64,000 bases of DNA, from positions 36,890,001 through 36,954,000 of the forward strand of contig CM060734.1 in the NCBI GenBank assembly GCA_030704615.1, in the 5' to 3' direction. The notes under the pieces are model-generated. The model saw nothing but the letters and a program-made list of their open reading frames with translations, did not search any database and was not told the origin of the DNA. The translations under genes and the position numbers were made by a program. Below, piece by piece: positions 61,488 through 64,000 of this stretch; the stretch's first letter is position 1; every line of letters begins with the position of its first letter. This stretch comes from Takakia lepidozioides. Lineage: Eukaryota > Plantae > Bryophyta.

Positions 61488-62641
61488 TTGATGTCATCGG
61501 CTCTATACACCCTGCAGACAGCTGAACACATACAAATGTGTTTGCTCTTCAGGTTTCACCATTTGTACCCGTTTCAGGTCTACACTCTCTTTCCACCTTC
61601 ACCTGACTTGAAGATCAAAGCTCAACCTGGTTTAAACAGTGGAGAAAATAATGGTGTATGTTTATTTACAAATACGTGAAGTTTTGTAGTTCCTTCCATC
61701 CACTAAAGACTGATTCCTGGGAAGAATAACAGTACATGTTGATCTCCAAAGCAACAAATCTAGCATTACAAAAGTGTTGTGAGCATATAGGTGTATGTGC
61801 GGTTGTGGTTTACTGGTTGTGTTTGGCAACCATGATCCAAAGCGAAGACACTGATAGACAGACACCAACAGCACTGCCTACATAGTACCATCCTCCCAAT
61901 GGTCCACATGGAATACATTGGAATTACAAACTAGTCCTAGCATCACTTCAAATCACCTACAAGGATCCAGTAAGATTGGTAGTCTACAACTCCTAAATTA
62001 CATCCCGTTACTACCTAGTATATGTACAGCAATGGATCAGGGCTAATTTTGACTATGACTGGTCCAACTCTCAAGTGTCACAAGACACATCTGTCTGCAA
62101 AAAGCATTCAGAAAAATGGCATCTGGTGAGAAAAGACTAGAGCTATTACACTCTGTTGATGCTCCTTGGTACCAAGACCGCAGCTTCATTCTGCAAGTCA
62201 TGTCCATGTTAGAAAGTAAGCAAGAGCTGCTACTCCATCTTCACCATTACCTTTAACCTACAGTTCCATATCAGTAGTTTCTCATGACCATTGATCCAGT
62301 GCTGTCAAGATGGTAGCACTGGCTCGTCTCATCTGGAATGCAACAGTTCAGTAACAAGCCTACATCAAAAAGCTCTGCATTACTCCACATGTGTTCCCCC
62401 AACTGCCAGGTAGGCAGATCAAAAACGGAACGAAATTTTCCGCTGGGTTGATGTGCAACAGTTAAGCATGAAGGATTTGAAACATCTGCATTGCATTTCA
62501 TTCCTCCTTCAAGACACCTAAAGATGTTTTTACCCAAAAACCTCCATGAAAGGTATCGCGTATGAATCATGCAACAATGTGCACCACAAAATGCTGTCCT
62601 TGAGGGGAAGAGATTCCGCACAATGTGGTTGCAAGAAGAGA

Positions 62642-63563
62642 TCAAACAGGTATCCCATCGACCTTCGAAACTTCCTCACACCGGAGAATGATGCCTTCCA
62701 TGCTGGCTGGCAGAAGGAACTTGCTCCACTGGCAGCCTGTCGTCACAGGTGAAGGCGGAGGGACAATCATCAGCACGTTTTCGTGCCGTTGTACCACCCC
62801 CATCACTGTCACTGTGCTCCCTTCTTTCACATAACTGCCAACATATACCAACTTTTCCGATCAGATCCTCCTCATCAGGAAGACTCCAATTCACTGGATT
62901 AACATGCATTGCAAAAACTTTCAAGGGCATATTCCAACGATGAATGGAAGGGAAAACAAAGAAAGGAAGCTACTACAGCCCTACATACAGGCAGAGAAAA
63001 AATGGGGAGTGCACACCCACCTTTGCACACCCAAGTCTGTCTGTGGGGAGCTTGTGAATGATGTACTCGCTATCATACTATGGCCAACACTAGGGTCAAG
63101 ACTGTAACATCTACAAACATCTTTTGTTACAAGATTCTTATTTCTCACTGGAGAGCATAAAAACTTCCCTCAGAGAAAGCACTGCACAAATTGTTTGAGG
63201 GAAGCCACAAGTACTAAGGAAAATCCAAGTTCAAGGTGCAGTACCCCTCACTGTTCTACCATGTTATGCAAAAATACGCCCAAATATGTTATAAATGCCC
63301 AAACTAGCTTAAATTCCTCCTGCTGCATGAGGAGAGCATCAAAGTCCTTACCCTTCCTTAAGTTGCACTACTCGGTCATCAGCAGAGAGGTTTCGCTCTG
63401 TCAACCAACGAATGAACTCTGACGGCAACTCCTTGTTCTTTGGATTGACATCCAAGACTGCACTCTCCGGTACATAGGCGCTCACCCGGGCTCCATAGCC
63501 GGCTTTGACCAAAGCTCTAAGACCACTCTGAAGATCTGAAATGTAGAAGTCCACGACATATCT
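62642..63563 (-). CDS. SHOU4/At1g16860-like membrane protein, last two exons (63563-~63352, ~62835-62642); 5' part lies beyond window
   Basis: RYVVDFYISDLQSGLRALVKAGYGA...WLTERNLSADDRVVQLKEG|YVKEGSTVTVMGVVQRHENVLMIVPP...TTGCQW..LLP...DGIPV*. Confidence 0.85.
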
Positions 63564-64000
63564 CTGCAGGAATGACGACAAGTTAGTATGCAGAGGCAGA
63601 TTCTACATAAATTGCAGGGAGAAGCTGAAAGAGTAAGAGAGCAGAACAAGAGATACTGAGATGAGACGGAAGTAAGAGAAAGTAACAATTAGCGGAAGAA
63701 CAAGGAATCAAACTCATCAATCCCTTTCCTTAGGCAAAATTCATAGGCCAGTCACAGCTACAAGCCAACACGAGTGACCAGAGCATGTGCAACTTGTACT
63801 GCAGAGCAACTTCCACAACTGTTGCTTGAGTGAACAAAAAAGCAAACATATATTGCTGAGGTTGAAATGGATCGCTCTACTCTGCTCGTCCTCTTGAGAA
63901 AATATATGATGTGGTTCCTGCCCTATCCAGTTTTATTGCAAACAGATGAAAGACGGAAAAGAAGCCGCCATCTGCAATCCAGATTTAATGCCATGCTCAC

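Overview
Eukaryotic nuclear DNA with GT-AG introns, microsatellites and telo-boxes, most likely from a non-seed land plant such as a moss. That assignment is an inference from the phosphate acetyltransferase relic, the intronless RAD51 and the moss-type PLS-DYW PPR genes. The left part (~1.5-27 kb) is a decayed zone rich in transposable elements. It holds a 5.2-kb Pack-MULE-like element (9-bp TSD) carrying scrambled PPR/DYW pieces and a phage/giant-virus-type SSB-like fragment, a Crypton-like relic split by two nested insertions, a degenerate pogo/Fot1-type transposase, and three consecutive pseudogenes (Tas-like aldo-keto reductase, ATL RING-H2, phosphate acetyltransferase). The right part (28-64 kb) is gene-dense: DUF1365, glutathionyl-hydroquinone reductase, PNK1-like pfkB kinase, mS26-like mitoribosomal protein, TTC5, a divergent intronless RAD51, the 3' end of a SHOU4-like gene, and two paralogous PLS-E-DYW genes. 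The main finding concerns those two PPR genes. Each has three small upstream exons that the ORF track misses and that splice in frame. They add a presequence-like leader and an OSB-type 'PDF' ssDNA-binding motif ahead of the PPR array and DYW cytidine deaminase, giving a PDF-PPR-DYW fusion architecture. All family calls rest on manual motif recognition; no database searches were run.
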